Below are positions 8,467-20,777 of a DNA stretch of 64,000 bases, in pieces (within the stretch, counting starts at the first letter, position 1; each line of letters begins with the position of its first letter). Source of the stretch: Methanotrichaceae archaeon (GTDB lineage: Archaea; Halobacteriota; Methanosarcinia; Methanotrichales; Methanotrichaceae); assembly GCA_963813075.1 (NCBI GenBank), contig CAWEXU010000009.1, positions 1 through 64,000 on the forward strand, read 5' to 3'. The position numbers and the translations under genes were made by a program. Under the pieces are notes generated by a model that worked only from the letters and a program-made list of their open reading frames with translations, searched no databases and was not told the DNA's origin.

Positions 8467-11400
8467 ATGACCTACAGATCTAAACACGTAATATTGCTCA
8501 TAGCAGCAATTGTGATCGGCTTAATATCTTCTGCAGGCGCAGTCTGCCCGGAGTGCAATGCGGCAGGGTGCGTCTGCACGAGCGACACAGAGGCGACATT
8601 GCTCGCCGGACAGAATGAAGAAATCGGACTGGTCTCTATCGACCTGGTAAAGGATGCATCCGGAAACGATGCGATAGATGTCACATATACGACCAGCGAT
8701 GGCTGGCTGCTGGAAGATGCCCACCTCTACGTCGGCACAGTACCTCCGACAAACTCGGCACCGGGATCGTTTCCCTACAAGGTCGAAAACCTCGGCGGTG
8801 TCACTGCGTACACCTTCCAGGTTCCCTACCCAACGGGCTACGTGGACCCATGCGGGCCTCAGAATGACGGGACTATTGTCCAGGACGCCTTCTACCTTGC
8901 CCCCCACGGTGTAGTCTCCAAAAATGGTCAGGAGGAGAGCACCTGGGCCAACGGCACTCTGATAAGGGAGAAGAAGAACTGGGCGATGTACTTTGGAGCG
9001 GACATAAATGTCCAGTGCAATGACTGCCCTGTGGCCGTGAACGACGCCTACGAGGCGGTCGAGGACACAGAGCTGGTAGTCCCTGCAGTCACGGGAATTC
9101 TCGCAAACGATACCGATGAAGAGGGAAATACCATAACCATTGTCAGCAACACTCAGCCCGAGCACGGCTTGCTCGTCCTGAACGCCGACGGCTCTTTCTC
9201 CTACTTGCCGGATGCGGACTACTGCGGCGCTGACAGCTTCAGCTACAATGTGACCGACGGCATATGCGACACGCCCGTATCGGCCACGGTGAGCATCAAT
9301 GTGGCATGCGTCAACGATTGCCCCACGGCGACGGATGACAGTGCAACCGTAGACGAGGACGGCTCAGTTGCCATACCGGTAGTGGCTAACGATCAGGATA
9401 TTGAGAATGATCCCCTGTCTGTCGGATCCTTCGCCAATGGAGCAAACGGCGTCGTGACCCAGAACGGGGACGGAACATTAACCTACACGCCGAATGCGAA
9501 CTTCTGCGGAACTGACAGCTTCACCTACAAGTTGACCGATGGCATCTGCGACCAGGCCAGCTGGGACGAGGGGACAGTCACAGTCACAGTGAGCTGCGTC
9601 AACGATGAACCTGTTGCATCTGGCGACTCCTACAGCACCGACGAGGACACGCCCCTAACGGTGGACGCTCCCGGAGTGCTTGAGAACGATGTGGACATCG
9701 ATGGAGATAGCCTGTCCATAAATCCTGTGCTGATCGCTATGGCTCAAAACGGCTATGTCGTTGCGAACGCGGACGGCTCCTTCACCTATACACCGACTGC
9801 GGACTTCTGCGGCACCGACTGCTTCGAGTACAGCCTACTCGACGGCCAGGGAGGCTCGGATACGGCTGAGGTAATCATCAACGTAGCGTGCGTCGAGGAC
9901 AACGTAGCCCCCGATGCAGTCGATGATGAGGCCGAGGTGAATGTGGGCTCTTCAGTCATTGTACCCGTCCTGGATAACGACGTGGATGCAGATGGAGACA
10001 GCCTGACCATAACGAGCATAACCCAACCTGCCGTGGGAACTGTAGTGGATAACGAAAACGGTACAGTCACCTACACCTCTACTGGGAGCTCGTGCGACGA
10101 CGACAGCTTCACCTACACCGTATCCGATGGACAGCTGACCGATACAGCCACGGTGGCAGTCACAGTGAACTGCCCGCCCGATGCAGTGGACGACGGCCCC
10201 TACACCATATATCCAGGAGTGCCCCTGACAGTGGAAGCCCCTGGAGTGCTCGGGAATGATATGGACCCTGATGGAGACAGCCTGTTCATAATGGAAGTTG
10301 ATTATCTCGGCCTGATGGGCATCGATCTCACATTGAACCCGGATGGCTCCTTCACCTTGATGACATATGATGAGGAGTGGGCAAACAGCGAGTGCGGTGA
10401 TCCAGGCGCGATAGCTTACGTTATATTCGATCGCCCGGGCTATGGTTTTGAGGACATTGCGAATGGTAACCCTGATATCGAGGGACACTACGATATGGGC
10501 TTTATAAATTTCGAACTCGGGTGCACCAACGAAGCCCCCGATGCAGTCGATGATGAGGCCGATGTAAATGTGGGCTCTTCAGTCATTGTATCCGTCCTGG
10601 ATAACGACGTGGATGCAGATGGAGACAGCCTGACCATAGAGAGCATAACACAGCCTGCAGTGGGAACTGTGGTGGATAACGGAGACGGGACGGTCACCTA
10701 CACCTCCACCGGGAGCTCATGCGATGACGACAGCTTCACCTACACAGTATCCGATGGACAGCTGACCGATACAGCCACAGTGGCAGTCACAGTGAACTGC
10801 CGGCCCGATGCAGTCGACGATGGCCCCTATACCATATATCCAGGAGTTCCCCTGACAGTGGATGCCCCTGGGGTGCTCGGCGAACGATGTAGATCCTGAT
10901 GGAGACAGCCTATCAATATACGATTTCGATTATCTCGCCGTTATGGGAATCGATCTCACATTGAACCCGGATGGCTCCTTCACATTGATACCGGATGATC
11001 AGTTGTGGGAAAACGGCCAATGCGGTGAGACATCCGGCATACCTTACGCCATATTCGATCGCCAGGACTACGATATTGACTGACCCTAAATGATCATGGC
11101 ACATGACCTCGATGAGAGCTGCTATACTTATCAAATCCGGGTGCATCGATGAAAACCAAACCCCCGATGCAGTCGATGATGCGGCTTCAGTGGATGAGGA
11201 CTCTTCGGTCATTGTATCCGTCCTGGCGAACGATGCGGATGCAGATGGAGACAGCCTGACCATAGATAGCGTCTCGGCAGCCCGACAAGCGGATACGGCG
11301 GCAATCAACGGAGACGGGACTGTCACCTACACGCCCGACGCAGACTACTGCGGCGCTGACAGCTTCGAGTACACGGTAACAGATGGCGAGCTGACCGATA

Positions 11401-11727
11401 CAGCCACAGTCACAGTCACTGTGAACTGCGTCGAGGAGAATACCTGCCCGGTGGCGATGTATGACATCTACGACGACAACCATGAACACTCAGCTGGTTG
11501 TATCAGCCGCGGAAGGAGTGCTCGCTAACGACATCGATGATGACGGGGACACCTTGCAAGCCTCTCTCCAGTTTGTCTCGCCTGGCTCAGTCACTTTGAA
11601 TCCCGACGGCTCCTTCATATATACACCAGCTGAGGACTTCACTGGTGTTGCTGAATTCATGTATAGTGTGAGCGATGGCGATGGAGGATGCTATTCTGAG
11701 GAAGTGGCCACTATCATCGTGTCATAA
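8467..11727 (+). CDS. Large secreted Ig-like/cadherin-like (Big_9-type) repeat surface protein, split by frameshifts near 10880, 11080-11100 and 11480
   Basis: Signal peptide; repeated P.A.DD...NDxDxDGD...NxDGSFTYTP...CG.DSF.Y units continue across ORFs 8467-10899, 10862-11083, 11103-11528 and 11461-11727. Confidence 0.85.
9907..10990 (+). repeat. Internal ~450-bp duplication within the surface protein gene (~9907-10360 and ~10534-10990)
   Basis: Direct alignment by eye; differences are largely at third codon positions. Confidence 0.85.
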
Positions 11728-11855
11728 GACAACACCTGCTGTAGCCCCTTTCCCTCTTTTTTCTTTTTTAGAGTCACTTAAATGCGGTCTTATGAATCCT
11801 TGAGCCCTGTCTGGCCCTTCTATGCCATCATCAAGCCCATCTAATCTCCCGCGTC

Positions 11856-14638
11856 TCATTCCTTCCCCTCTTCTGCTCCTGGCAGAGTGAAGTAAATCGT
11901 GCACCCCACTTCCCCGCAGTCGGTCCACATCCGCCCGCCGTGTAGTTCAATGATCCTCCTGGTTATGGAAAGACCGAGGGACGTCCCATCGGACTCCTCA
12001 CCAAGGGGGCATAGCCCGCCCCCTGTCGTCACCTCTTCCCTCCTTCCTCTGGCCCTCTCCCCTGACGAATAGTACCAGGCCGCTGTCCTCCGTCCGCTGG
12101 CCGATATGCACCCTGGGGCTCTGACCTCCCCGGGCATAGGTGATGCAGCTATCGATCAGGCTCACCAGGACATCCACCATCCTCTCAAAGTCGATGTGCA
12201 CCCGCGGCAGGCCCTCTTCAAACACGATCTCGGCCCGGCTCGATTGCACCCTCTTCTCCAGGTGCCTTATGGCATCGTTTACCACATCGCCGAAAGGCAC
12301 GTCTGCGGCTGACCCGGCAAGCCTCCCCAGGCTCGACTTCTCCAGGGACTCGCCCAGAAGATCCTGCATCCTTACGGCGGTATCGCCTATCAGCCCGATG
12401 TCGATATCTATCCTGAGACGGTTGGACGCCTCCATATCCTTCTTCAAAAGCCCCAGGACCCCTTTGATGGTGGTGACAGGTGCCATCAGGTCGCCGGAGA
12501 TCCTGTACAGGAGCTTCTCTATCTCCTCGTAGTTCTCCTTTAGCTCCTCGGCCACTGTCTCAAGGAGCCTATTCTGCCTCCTGTTCTCATCCAGTGCCTT
12601 CTCGAGCTTCCTCTCCGCCTCTTTGATCTCTGTGATGTCATGGGCTATTCCCAGGATCTTTCGAATATCGCCGCCCTCGTCCAGGAGGGGGATGTAGTTT
12701 ATGATGGCGGTGAATGCTCCCTGAGGAGTATGGTAGGAGTACTCAAAGGTCCGGGCCGTCCTGGTATCCCTGGCCATCCTGAGCTGGTCGCTCGCACACC
12801 TCTCCAAAGACCGGGGACTGTATCTCCTCATTTGTCCGCCCGACGATCATCTCCTCGGGGAGGCCCCTGGTTTGGGCGCCTGCCCGGTTGATGTACCTTA
12901 TCCGGAGGTCTTTGTCATAGATCACAAAGGTGTACGGGAAGTTGTCGATGGCCGCACGAAACCTCTGCTCGCTGTCACGCAGGGATGCTTCCATCTTCTT
13001 CTTCTCGGTAATATCGCGCTGGACGCCCCAGGCCCTGATAAAATAGCCGTCCTCGATAATTCCGGTCAGGCCTGTTACTATGCATTGGTGGTTGCCCATT
13101 TTGTCCACTGCCGGGATCTCTGCGTCCACGAACCTGTAGCCGGACCTGATGAAGTTGGGGATGGACTGGTCGGCGTTCAGACGGAAAGAGCGCACGTAAT
13201 CCAAAAGACGCATCCCCACAAGCTCTTCTGCCCTCTTCAGGCCGCAGATGCGTGCACATGCATCGTTGCACTCGGCGATGTAGACATGCTGCTCAAACAG
13301 ATCGATCTGATCCTTCTCGGGCAGGGAGATGGGTATGGGTCTATCGGATTCCAGCCGGAAGATCCCCTCCCAGCTATGAACGATGAATGCCTGGTAGCGT
13401 TCTTTGCTCTCTCTCAGCTCCTCCTCGACTCTCTTTCGCTCTGTGATGTCCTTACCAAATACTGAGACGCCAAAGACCTCATCGCCTCTCTTCAAGAGGT
13501 TAAGGGTGAGCAGAAGTGTATGTGTTCCAGAAGCAGTGGGGTATTCCACGGTAAAAGAGCCCTCATTCAGGGCGCGGGTGTAGGCGTCGCACCACCATCT
13601 GGCATAGGCCTCCGTCGGCAGGAGCTGGTAGGGGGTCATGCCTTCTGTTATTTCGAGGCCCCTCGCCCGGGAGAAATAATCTTTGAGGCCTCGGTTGAAT
13701 GTCAGCAGGCCGAAGTGGACGGGATCCACAGACCAGATCATGTCATCGGTGCTCTCAAAGATCGCCGATATCTGGGACCTGGACTCGGCGAGGGCAATCT
13801 CGCGCTCTTTGCGCTCGGTTATATTTCTCACCAGAACGAGGAAGCCCCCCACAGTGCAAGAAGCGATCCGGGCCTCAAAATCAGCCTCCCTGCCTCCAAC
13901 TGTGAGTTTGTACTCGAATTCCTGGACGGTGGCACTCTCCCGAGCCTTCGCCATGTGAAGTGCCATCTGGCTGACCAGATGGGGAGGCAGAACCTCCTCT
14001 AACTTCTTTCCCAGGAAAGTGCTCCGGGGGTGCATATAGATCCGTCTCGCAGGATGCCCTGTAATCCTGGAAGGTGCCGTCCTCGGCAATATGGAACATC
14101 AGATCGGGTATGGCGTCGAGTATCGCCCTGCCCTTAGCCTCGTTCCTCCGGAGGTTATCGGATGCCAATCGGGCCTTCTTCTCTCTCTTCAATCTCGGCC
14201 TCCCTCTGGCTGGTAATATCTCTGCCCGTGGATATGACATACTGAACCGATCCATCCCTCCCGAGCATGGCGGTGTTTGACCAGGATATGAGGCGTCTAT
14301 CTCCGTTCTTTGCCAGAATCAGGTTCTCATGGATGGAGGGCCCTCTGCCAGAACAGACTATTTTGGAAAACATCCCTGACATGATCGACCTCTTCCGGAA
14401 CCAGGAGTTCCCAGATATCCCTGCCCAATACCTTGTCAGAGGTGTAGCCCGTCAGCTCTTCAAAGGCTCGATTTATGCGGACTATTCCGCCTTTAGGATC
14501 GAGGACCAGTAGCATGGCGCCCAAACTGTCTATTATCGCTGAGCAAAATCTCTGCTCTTCCCTTATTCCTTCATCTGCCCCGGCTCTCTTCTCTTCTGCG
14601 GACATAATCCCATCCGAGCTGACCTTCTGTGTTATCAA
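11856..14638 (-). CDS. Multi-PAS/PAC sensor with a degenerate histidine kinase core, split by about five frameshifts
   Basis: Repeated PAS/PAC motifs (RDITERK type), HisKA-like helix, and GTSLGLSITRRIIELHGGRMW across six overlapping ORFs. Confidence 0.85.
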
Positions 14639-14972
14639 TGCACCTGCTCCAGCGTCTTCAATCGACCTTTTTTAGCAGATGCTCGCCAAGAGTGCTCCAT
14701 CCATAATGATATTATCAGCAATAATATTTGGCCTTTCCGGAATTTAAACAGTGCAAATATCCATGGAGAATTCCGTTAGCATCACTATCTTAGATTGACA
14801 ATGATTCGGAAAGATATTTATTATATTTATTAAAATTTTAATTCGAGATCATATGGAATCGGAACGGATGAGATGGTAGATCATGTAAACGCTCCCTGGG
14901 ATCCGGATAAGCTCTAAATAGCATGCGGCATAGAAATTGATTCCAGTTTGCTGCAATCATTGGGGATCGATC

Positions 14973-15236
14973 ATGTCAGTAGAAGTCACTGTAACCGCCG
15001 CGAAAAAGAACCTTGAGGAGATTCTTTCGAAGCTCTTGCCAGGAGAGACTGCCACCCTGGTCAGCGCTGAAGGCAAGCCCATGGCTGTTCTGGTGCCGCT
15101 TAAATCCTCTGAGGATGCGGCAAAAGTGCTTGATTGGGATGCAGAGTGGGAGACCCTGGCTCGTGAGATCGATTTGGCCTGGAAGAGCAAGAAGGCTGGA
15201 GAAGAATTAGTCCAAACTAGCTCCCGAAAGGACTGA
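14973..15236 (+). CDS. Phd/YefM-like antitoxin (no toxin partner seen)
   Basis: VTVTAAKKNLEEIL...GE...GKPMAVLVP Phd signature. Confidence 0.65.
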   Translation: MSVEVTVTAAKKNLEEILSKLLPGETATLVSAEGKPMAVLVPLKSSEDAAKVLDWDAEWETLAREIDLAWKSKKAGEELVQTSSRKD

Positions 15237-15660
15237 GCGATTCGGAATGGGCGATTTCGTCTTCCGTGATAGATACTCTCCGCAAAGCTATGACGTCCAG
15301 CTAATCCTGAGAGCAGGAGGCAGGCCGTGGTGGAGTGGAGGAGATAGGGCATGGGGCTTGGACCAAAAAGCGAGCCATCGAGGACAAATAACGTTCCTCT
15401 CATTAAACTGAATTAACTATTTATAAAATATATTAACGCTCATAAAACATGTGGTAGAATTTACAGCTTCCGAAACGCGGCTCAAAGGCCGCGCTTCTGA
15501 AACTGCTCCTCCCTCCTGTGATGTAGTTCTTTGGTTTTTTTGATAATCGTTTATCTCGAGGCCATAGATCATGGCACTGCGTCCGAACGCGAGGCATCCC
15601 GCGCCCGTCCGCAACATGCTACAACCTGCCATGATATAAAGCTTACTTCTGCTTTTGCCT

Positions 15661-16656
15661 CTACTCCTTCTTCAGCCAGGGCATCATGGCCCGCAGCTGG
15701 GCACCAACCTCTTCGATGGGGTGCTCGGCCTCCATCTTCTCCAGGGACTTTTTGACTGGAAGGCCGGCCTGGCTCTCCAGGATCCACTCCCGGGCGAACT
15801 CCCCTGACTGGATCTCCGCCAGGATATCCATCATCTCCTCACGGGACTGATCATTGATGATCCTGTGGCCCCGGGTCATGCCTCCGTACTCAGCGGTATT
15901 GGAGACGTTATTCCACATGCGCATGAACCCGCCCTCGTAGATCAGGTCCACAATCAGCTTCAGCTCGTGACACGCCTCGAAGTAGGCGATCTCAGGCTGG
16001 TATCCTGCATCGACAAGCGTCTCAAAAGCCGCCTTGATCATCTCCGTCACGCCGCCGCATAGATCCACCTGCTCCCCGAAGAGATCGGTCTCCGTCTCCT
16101 CAGTGAATGTGGTCTCGATGACCCCGGCTCGGGTGCCGCCGATGCCCTTGGCATAGGCCAGAGCCTTCTTCAGCGCCGCCCCAGAGGGGTCCTGCTCCAC
16201 TGCCACCAGACAGGGAACTCCCTTGCCCTCCTGGTAGGTCCTGCGCACCAGGTCGCCGGGACCCTTGGGCGCAACCATGACCACATCGACGTTCTCAGGC
16301 GGCACGATCTGGAAGTAGCGGATGTTAAAGCCGTGGCTGAATCCAAGGACGTTGCCCTCCTCCAGGTTTGGAGCGATCTCTTCCCGGTAGATCTTGCCCT
16401 GATACTCATCCGGCAGGAGGATCTGAATGTAGTCCGCCGCTCGCGCTGCATCGGCAACGCTCATGGCCTTCACTCCGTCCGCCTCCGCCCTCTTCCAGGC
16501 TCTGGATCCGGGAATATCGGCCGCGATAACGTTAAGGCCGGAGTCCTTCAGGTTCTCTCCCTGGGCGTGCCCCTGATTTCCCCATCCCACTATGGCGATG
16601 GTCTTGTCCGATAATGCCTTTAAGTCTGCATCCTGATCATGGTATATTTTCACCAA
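15661..16656 (-). CDS. ilvC: Ketol-acid reductoisomerase
   Basis: [41 protein letters not shown]. Confidence 0.98.
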   Translation of the reverse strand: MVKIYHDQDADLKALSDKTIAIVGWGNQGHAQGENLKDSGLNVIAADIPGSRAWKRAEADGVKAMSVADAARAADYIQILLPDEYQGKIYREEIAPNLEEGNVLGFSHGFNIRYFQIVPPENVDVVMVAPKGPGDLVRRTYQEGKGVPCLVAVEQDPSGAALKKALAYAKGIGGTRAGVIETTFTEETETDLFGEQVDLCGGVTEMIKAAFETLVDAGYQPEIAYFEACHELKLIVDLIYEGGFMRMWNNVSNTAEYGGMTRGHRIINDQSREEMMDILAEIQSGEFAREWILESQAGLPVKKSLEKMEAEHPIEEVGAQLRAMMPWLKKE

Positions 16657-16682
16657 ATTTTATTCCTCCTAAAACAAAAAAA

Positions 16683-17174
16683 TTAAGCTTTGATTACCCT
16701 CGTGCCTCTCACCATCGAGACCTTTCCGGTCCTTGCCAGCTCCTTTATGCCGAACTGGCGAAGAAGCTGAATTATGGCCTCGACCTTCTCCTCGTCCCCT
16801 GTGACCTCGATGATCATGGACCTCTGGGAGACATCGATGATCTTGGCCCGGAAGATGTTCACGATCTGCATGACCTCGCTTCTGCTCTCCCGGTCGACGC
16901 TCACCTTGATGATGGCCAGTTCCCTTTCCAGGGATTCGGCCGGGTCCAGCTCGCTCACCCGGATGACATTGATCAGCTTGGAAAGCTGCTTTATCACCTG
17001 CTCCAGGACATCCCTGTCCCCCTCAACGGAGATGGTCATGCGAGAGTAGTCGGGATTGTCAGTCGCTCCCACCGAGAGGCTATCGATATTGAAAGACCGG
17101 CGGCTGAAGAGGCCGGCGATGCGCGTCAACACCCCGGACTTATTCTCCACAATGACAGCGATGATATGCTTCAT
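16683..17174 (-). CDS. ilvN: Acetolactate synthase small subunit
   Basis: VENKSGVLTRIAGLFSRRSFNIDSL ACT domain. Confidence 0.97.
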   Translation of the reverse strand: MKHIIAVIVENKSGVLTRIAGLFSRRSFNIDSLSVGATDNPDYSRMTISVEGDRDVLEQVIKQLSKLINVIRVSELDPAESLERELAIIKVSVDRESRSEVMQIVNIFRAKIIDVSQRSMIIEVTGDEEKVEAIIQLLRQFGIKELARTGKVSMVRGTRVIKA

Positions 17175-18974
17175 CTAGTAGCCCTCCTCGCCTAAAACCC
17201 CTCGTCTCTCCTCGGCATAAATCTTCTCCAGGTGACAGCACTGAGCCTCATCACACCACTCCAGCTCCAGTATCTCGCTCAACGTGGCTCCCGCCGGGAC
17301 CATGGGTGATACCCTCTCTGCCGGATTGACGATGAAATCCATCACGCAGGGCCGATCTGTTGCCAGAGCGCTGCGAATCACATCCTCGACCTCCGAGGGC
17401 TTTGTGGCCCTCAGGCCCACCGCTCCATAGGCCTCGGCCAGCTTTACGAAATCCGGACTGGTCCGGCCGAGAATGGTGGCCGAGTACCTCTTATCAAAGA
17501 ACAGCTCCTGCCACTGGCGCACCATTCCCAGGCAGCCGTTGTTCAGCACCGCCACCTTGACCGGGATGTCGTTTACCACCGCTGTGGCCAGCTCCTGGCT
17601 GTTCATCAGGAAGCTGCCGTCTCCGGCAACATCGATGACCGTGCACTCCGGCCGGCCCATCTTGGCACCGATAGCAGCCGGGAAGCCATAGCCCATCGTC
17701 CCCAGGCCGCCGGAGGATATGAACTTCTGCGGATCCTTATGCACAAAGAATTGCGCTGCCCACATCTGGTTCTGTCCGACCTCCGTAGTGATGATGGCAT
17801 CGGGCGCAAGCCTGCAGAGCGTCTCGATCACATACTGGGGCTTTATCAGGTTCATGTCCGGGATGTAGCGCATGGGATGATCCTTTTTCCAGCCATCGAT
17901 CTTATCCAGCCAGGGGCCTTTTGGCTTTGGCGAGACCTCTTTTAGCAATCCCTGCAGGGCATCGCGCGCATCCCCCACCACCGGTATGTCCACCCGCACA
18001 TTCTTTCCCACCTCCGCCGGATCGACATCGATATGAACGATCTTCGCGTGCGGAGCAAAGCTGGAGATCTTGCCCGTCACCCGATCATCAAACCGGGCTC
18101 CTATGGCCATTATCAGATCCGACTCCTGAATGGCGTAGTTGGCATAGGTTGTGCCGTGCATTCCCAGCATTCCCAATGAAAGCGGATGGTCCTCGGGGAA
18201 GCAGCCCACGCCCATGAGGGTGGTGGTCACTGGAGAATTGACCTTTTTGGCGAGCTCAAAAAGCTCCTTATGAGCAGAGGCGTACCTCACGCCGCCACCG
18301 ACATAGATGACCGGCCGGTCAGCCTCCATTAAAGCTTTGGCCGCCTTCTTGATCTGCATCTCATGGGCCTTGAAGGAGGGATGATATCCCGGCAGGTTCA
18401 CATCCGGCCAGGTGAAGACCAGCTCATCCACAGTCACATCTCTGGGCAGATCGATCAGAACCGGACCGGGCCGCCCAGTACGGGCAATGTAGAAGGCCTC
18501 CCTGAACACCCCTGGTATCTCCTTTGCGCTGCGGATCAGATAGTTGTGCTTGGTAATGGGCAGAGTGATACCGGTGATATCCGCCTCCTGGAAGGCGTCC
18601 TTTCCTATCAGCCAGGTGTTCACCTGGCCGGTGATGGCCACCATTGGCACCGAGTCCATGTAGGCGTTGGCAATGCCCGTGACCAGGTTCGTGGCCCCCG
18701 GCCCGGAGGTGGCTATGCATACTCCCACTTTGCCCGTGGCCCTGGCATAACCGTCCGCCATGTGGGCCGCTCCCTGCTCATGGCGCACCAGAATGTGGCG
18801 GATGTCCGACTTATAGATGGCATCGTAAAGAGGTAGCAGTACCCCACCGGGAAGCCCGAATACCACATCTACATCCTCTCTTTTCAGGCTTTCCAGCACC
18901 GCCTGGGCACCGGTCATCTTCTGGGGCGTATCTCGATTCTTGTCTGAGCCCGTTCGGGCTATGCCTTTCGACAT
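17175..18974 (-). CDS. ilvB: Acetolactate synthase large subunit
   Basis: RHEQGAAHMADGYAR, GMLGMHG, TPP-binding GDGSF...NN motif. Confidence 0.97.
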   Translation of the reverse strand: MSKGIARTGSDKNRDTPQKMTGAQAVLESLKREDVDVVFGLPGGVLLPLYDAIYKSDIRHILVRHEQGAAHMADGYARATGKVGVCIATSGPGATNLVTGIANAYMDSVPMVAITGQVNTWLIGKDAFQEADITGITLPITKHNYLIRSAKEIPGVFREAFYIARTGRPGPVLIDLPRDVTVDELVFTWPDVNLPGYHPSFKAHEMQIKKAAKALMEADRPVIYVGGGVRYASAHKELFELAKKVNSPVTTTLMGVGCFPEDHPLSLGMLGMHGTTYANYAIQESDLIMAIGARFDDRVTGKISSFAPHAKIVHIDVDPAEVGKNVRVDIPVVGDARDALQGLLKEVSPKPKGPWLDKIDGWKKDHPMRYIPDMNLIKPQYVIETLCRLAPDAIITTEVGQNQMWAAQFFVHKDPQKFISSGGLGTMGYGFPAAIGAKMGRPECTVIDVAGDGSFLMNSQELATAVVNDIPVKVAVLNNGCLGMVRQWQELFFDKRYSATILGRTSPDFVKLAEAYGAVGLRATKPSEVEDVIRSALATDRPCVMDFIVNPAERVSPMVPAGATLSEILELEWCDEAQCCHLEKIYAEERRGVLGEEGY

Positions 18975-20482
18975 TTAGCTAAGTCCTCCTCTTCCAGCCG
19001 CATCAGCCGGTTGATTCCATTAATCACCGCTTCCACTGATGCCATTATAATATCTGCGCCAGCTCCTCGAGCAGTAATCTTCCGATCTGCCATTGCCATT
19101 GTCACCCACACTTCAACCAATGCATTGGTCCCGCCAGTTACAGCATCTACATGATACTCATCGAGGCGAACATCTGCCACACCTGATATGGCCCTCCTTA
19201 TGGCATTGATGGCCGCGTCTACCGGCCCCACGCCCACTCCCGCTTCCAGCCTTTCGTTGCCGGCCAAGAGGATTTTGACCGAAGCGGTGGGGGTAACGGT
19301 ATTGCCGGCAACCACGGTGAGCTCTTCCAGCTTCACCTTCGGTTCCATCTGAATGGAGAGCACGGTGTCCGCTATGCTCTGCAGATCCACGTCCGATACC
19401 CGTTTGCCCTTGTCTCCCAGCTCCTTTACCCTGGCCACTATATCGGTTAGCTGCTGGGGCGTAACCGGCAGGCCGAAATCGCGCATGGCCAGCTCGACTG
19501 ATGCCCGGCCGGCATGTTTGCCCAGCACTATGCGCCTCTTTCTGCCCACGGTCTCCGGATGGATGGGCTCATAGGTCTTGGTGTCGGCCAAGAGCCCGTG
19601 CACATGGATTCCCGCCTCATGGGTAAAGGCATTCTCGCCCACTATCGCTTTGTTGGGGGAGACCAATAGGCCGGTCATTCGCGAGACCGTCCTTGAGAGC
19701 TGGTAGATGTCCTTGCACCTGATCCCGGTATTGATCTTATACAGGGACTCCAGGGCCATCACTACCTCCTCCAGGCTGGCGTTCCCCGCCCGTTCCCCAA
19801 TTCCGTTTACTGTCACATGGGCCTGAGAGGCTCCGGCGCGAAGGGCAGCAACGGTATTGGCGGTGGCCATGCCAAAGTCGTTATGGCAGTGTATGCTGAT
19901 GGGTGCACCAAGGCAGGAGAGACGGGAGAATATATCTGCAGTCACCTCAGGAACCAGCACGCCCACAGTATCGCAAAAGGCCAGCCTGTCCGCGCCCGCT
20001 TCGATTCCCGCCTTGTAGAGGCCGGCCAGAAAATCTAGATCTGCGCGACTGGCATCCTCGCCGCTCAGCTCCACGATCAGGCCATGATCTTTGGCATACT
20101 CCGTCACATCCACGGCCATGCGCACCACCGCCTCCCGGTCGGCCTTCAGCTTGATCTGGATGTGAAGGTCGGAGACCGGCACCACCAGATGAACGGAGTC
20201 CACCTCGCAGGCTAAAGCGGTATCGATGTCCGCGGTTAAGGCCCTAACATAGCTGCATATCTCGGCCTTGAGGCCTGATTTTGCAATCGCTTTTATTGCC
20301 AGGCGTTCTCCTTCTGAGGTCATTGCTGATCCGGCTTCAATGACATCCACCCCCAGAGAATCAAGTCCTTGAGCAATGGTGAGCTTCTCGCCCATGCCCA
20401 AAGATACGCCTGGAGTCTGTTCACCGTCACGTAAGGTAGTATCTAGAAATCGTATTCTACCCGATAAATCGATCCCACGCAT
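18959..20482 (-). CDS. cimA: Citramalate synthase / 2-isopropylmalate synthase family
   Basis: DTTLRDGEQ, HCHNDFG, GERAGNA and a C-terminal regulatory domain; upstream of ilvBNC; leuA not excluded. Confidence 0.75.
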   Translation of the reverse strand: MRGIDLSGRIRFLDTTLRDGEQTPGVSLGMGEKLTIAQGLDSLGVDVIEAGSAMTSEGERLAIKAIAKSGLKAEICSYVRALTADIDTALACEVDSVHLVVPVSDLHIQIKLKADREAVVRMAVDVTEYAKDHGLIVELSGEDASRADLDFLAGLYKAGIEAGADRLAFCDTVGVLVPEVTADIFSRLSCLGAPISIHCHNDFGMATANTVAALRAGASQAHVTVNGIGERAGNASLEEVVMALESLYKINTGIRCKDIYQLSRTVSRMTGLLVSPNKAIVGENAFTHEAGIHVHGLLADTKTYEPIHPETVGRKRRIVLGKHAGRASVELAMRDFGLPVTPQQLTDIVARVKELGDKGKRVSDVDLQSIADTVLSIQMEPKVKLEELTVVAGNTVTPTASVKILLAGNERLEAGVGVGPVDAAINAIRRAISGVADVRLDEYHVDAVTGGTNALVEVWVTMAMADRKITARGAGADIIMASVEAVINGINRLMRLEEEDLAKCRKA

Positions 20483-20777
20483 TCATGCTCAATCACCCAA
20501 CGGCTCACAAGCCGTCTCCGGCCATAAGATCTTTAATGATTGATAAAGCTATCGAGGGGCTTATAGATGCCGATCGGCCTCATAAAAATCTCCAGGAGAT
20601 AAAATAAAGCCTTAATAAAAATCGCCTGACCAGAAAAGACCGGAATTTCAAGGGATAATATTGTTATGGCCCATAATAGTAACCATGAGCAACAGACCTT
20701 CGTCGAATGACGTCTGAGGGGAAACTTTAAAACGTTGAACCCCGAAGCATGTTGAGAATGGTGGAGGATAGAAAAGA

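Noticed and set aside
9907..10990. Duplicated segment as a diversity-generating retroelement TR/VR pair
   Set aside because: Differences are mostly synonymous and not adenine-specific, both copies are coding, and no reverse transcriptase is present.
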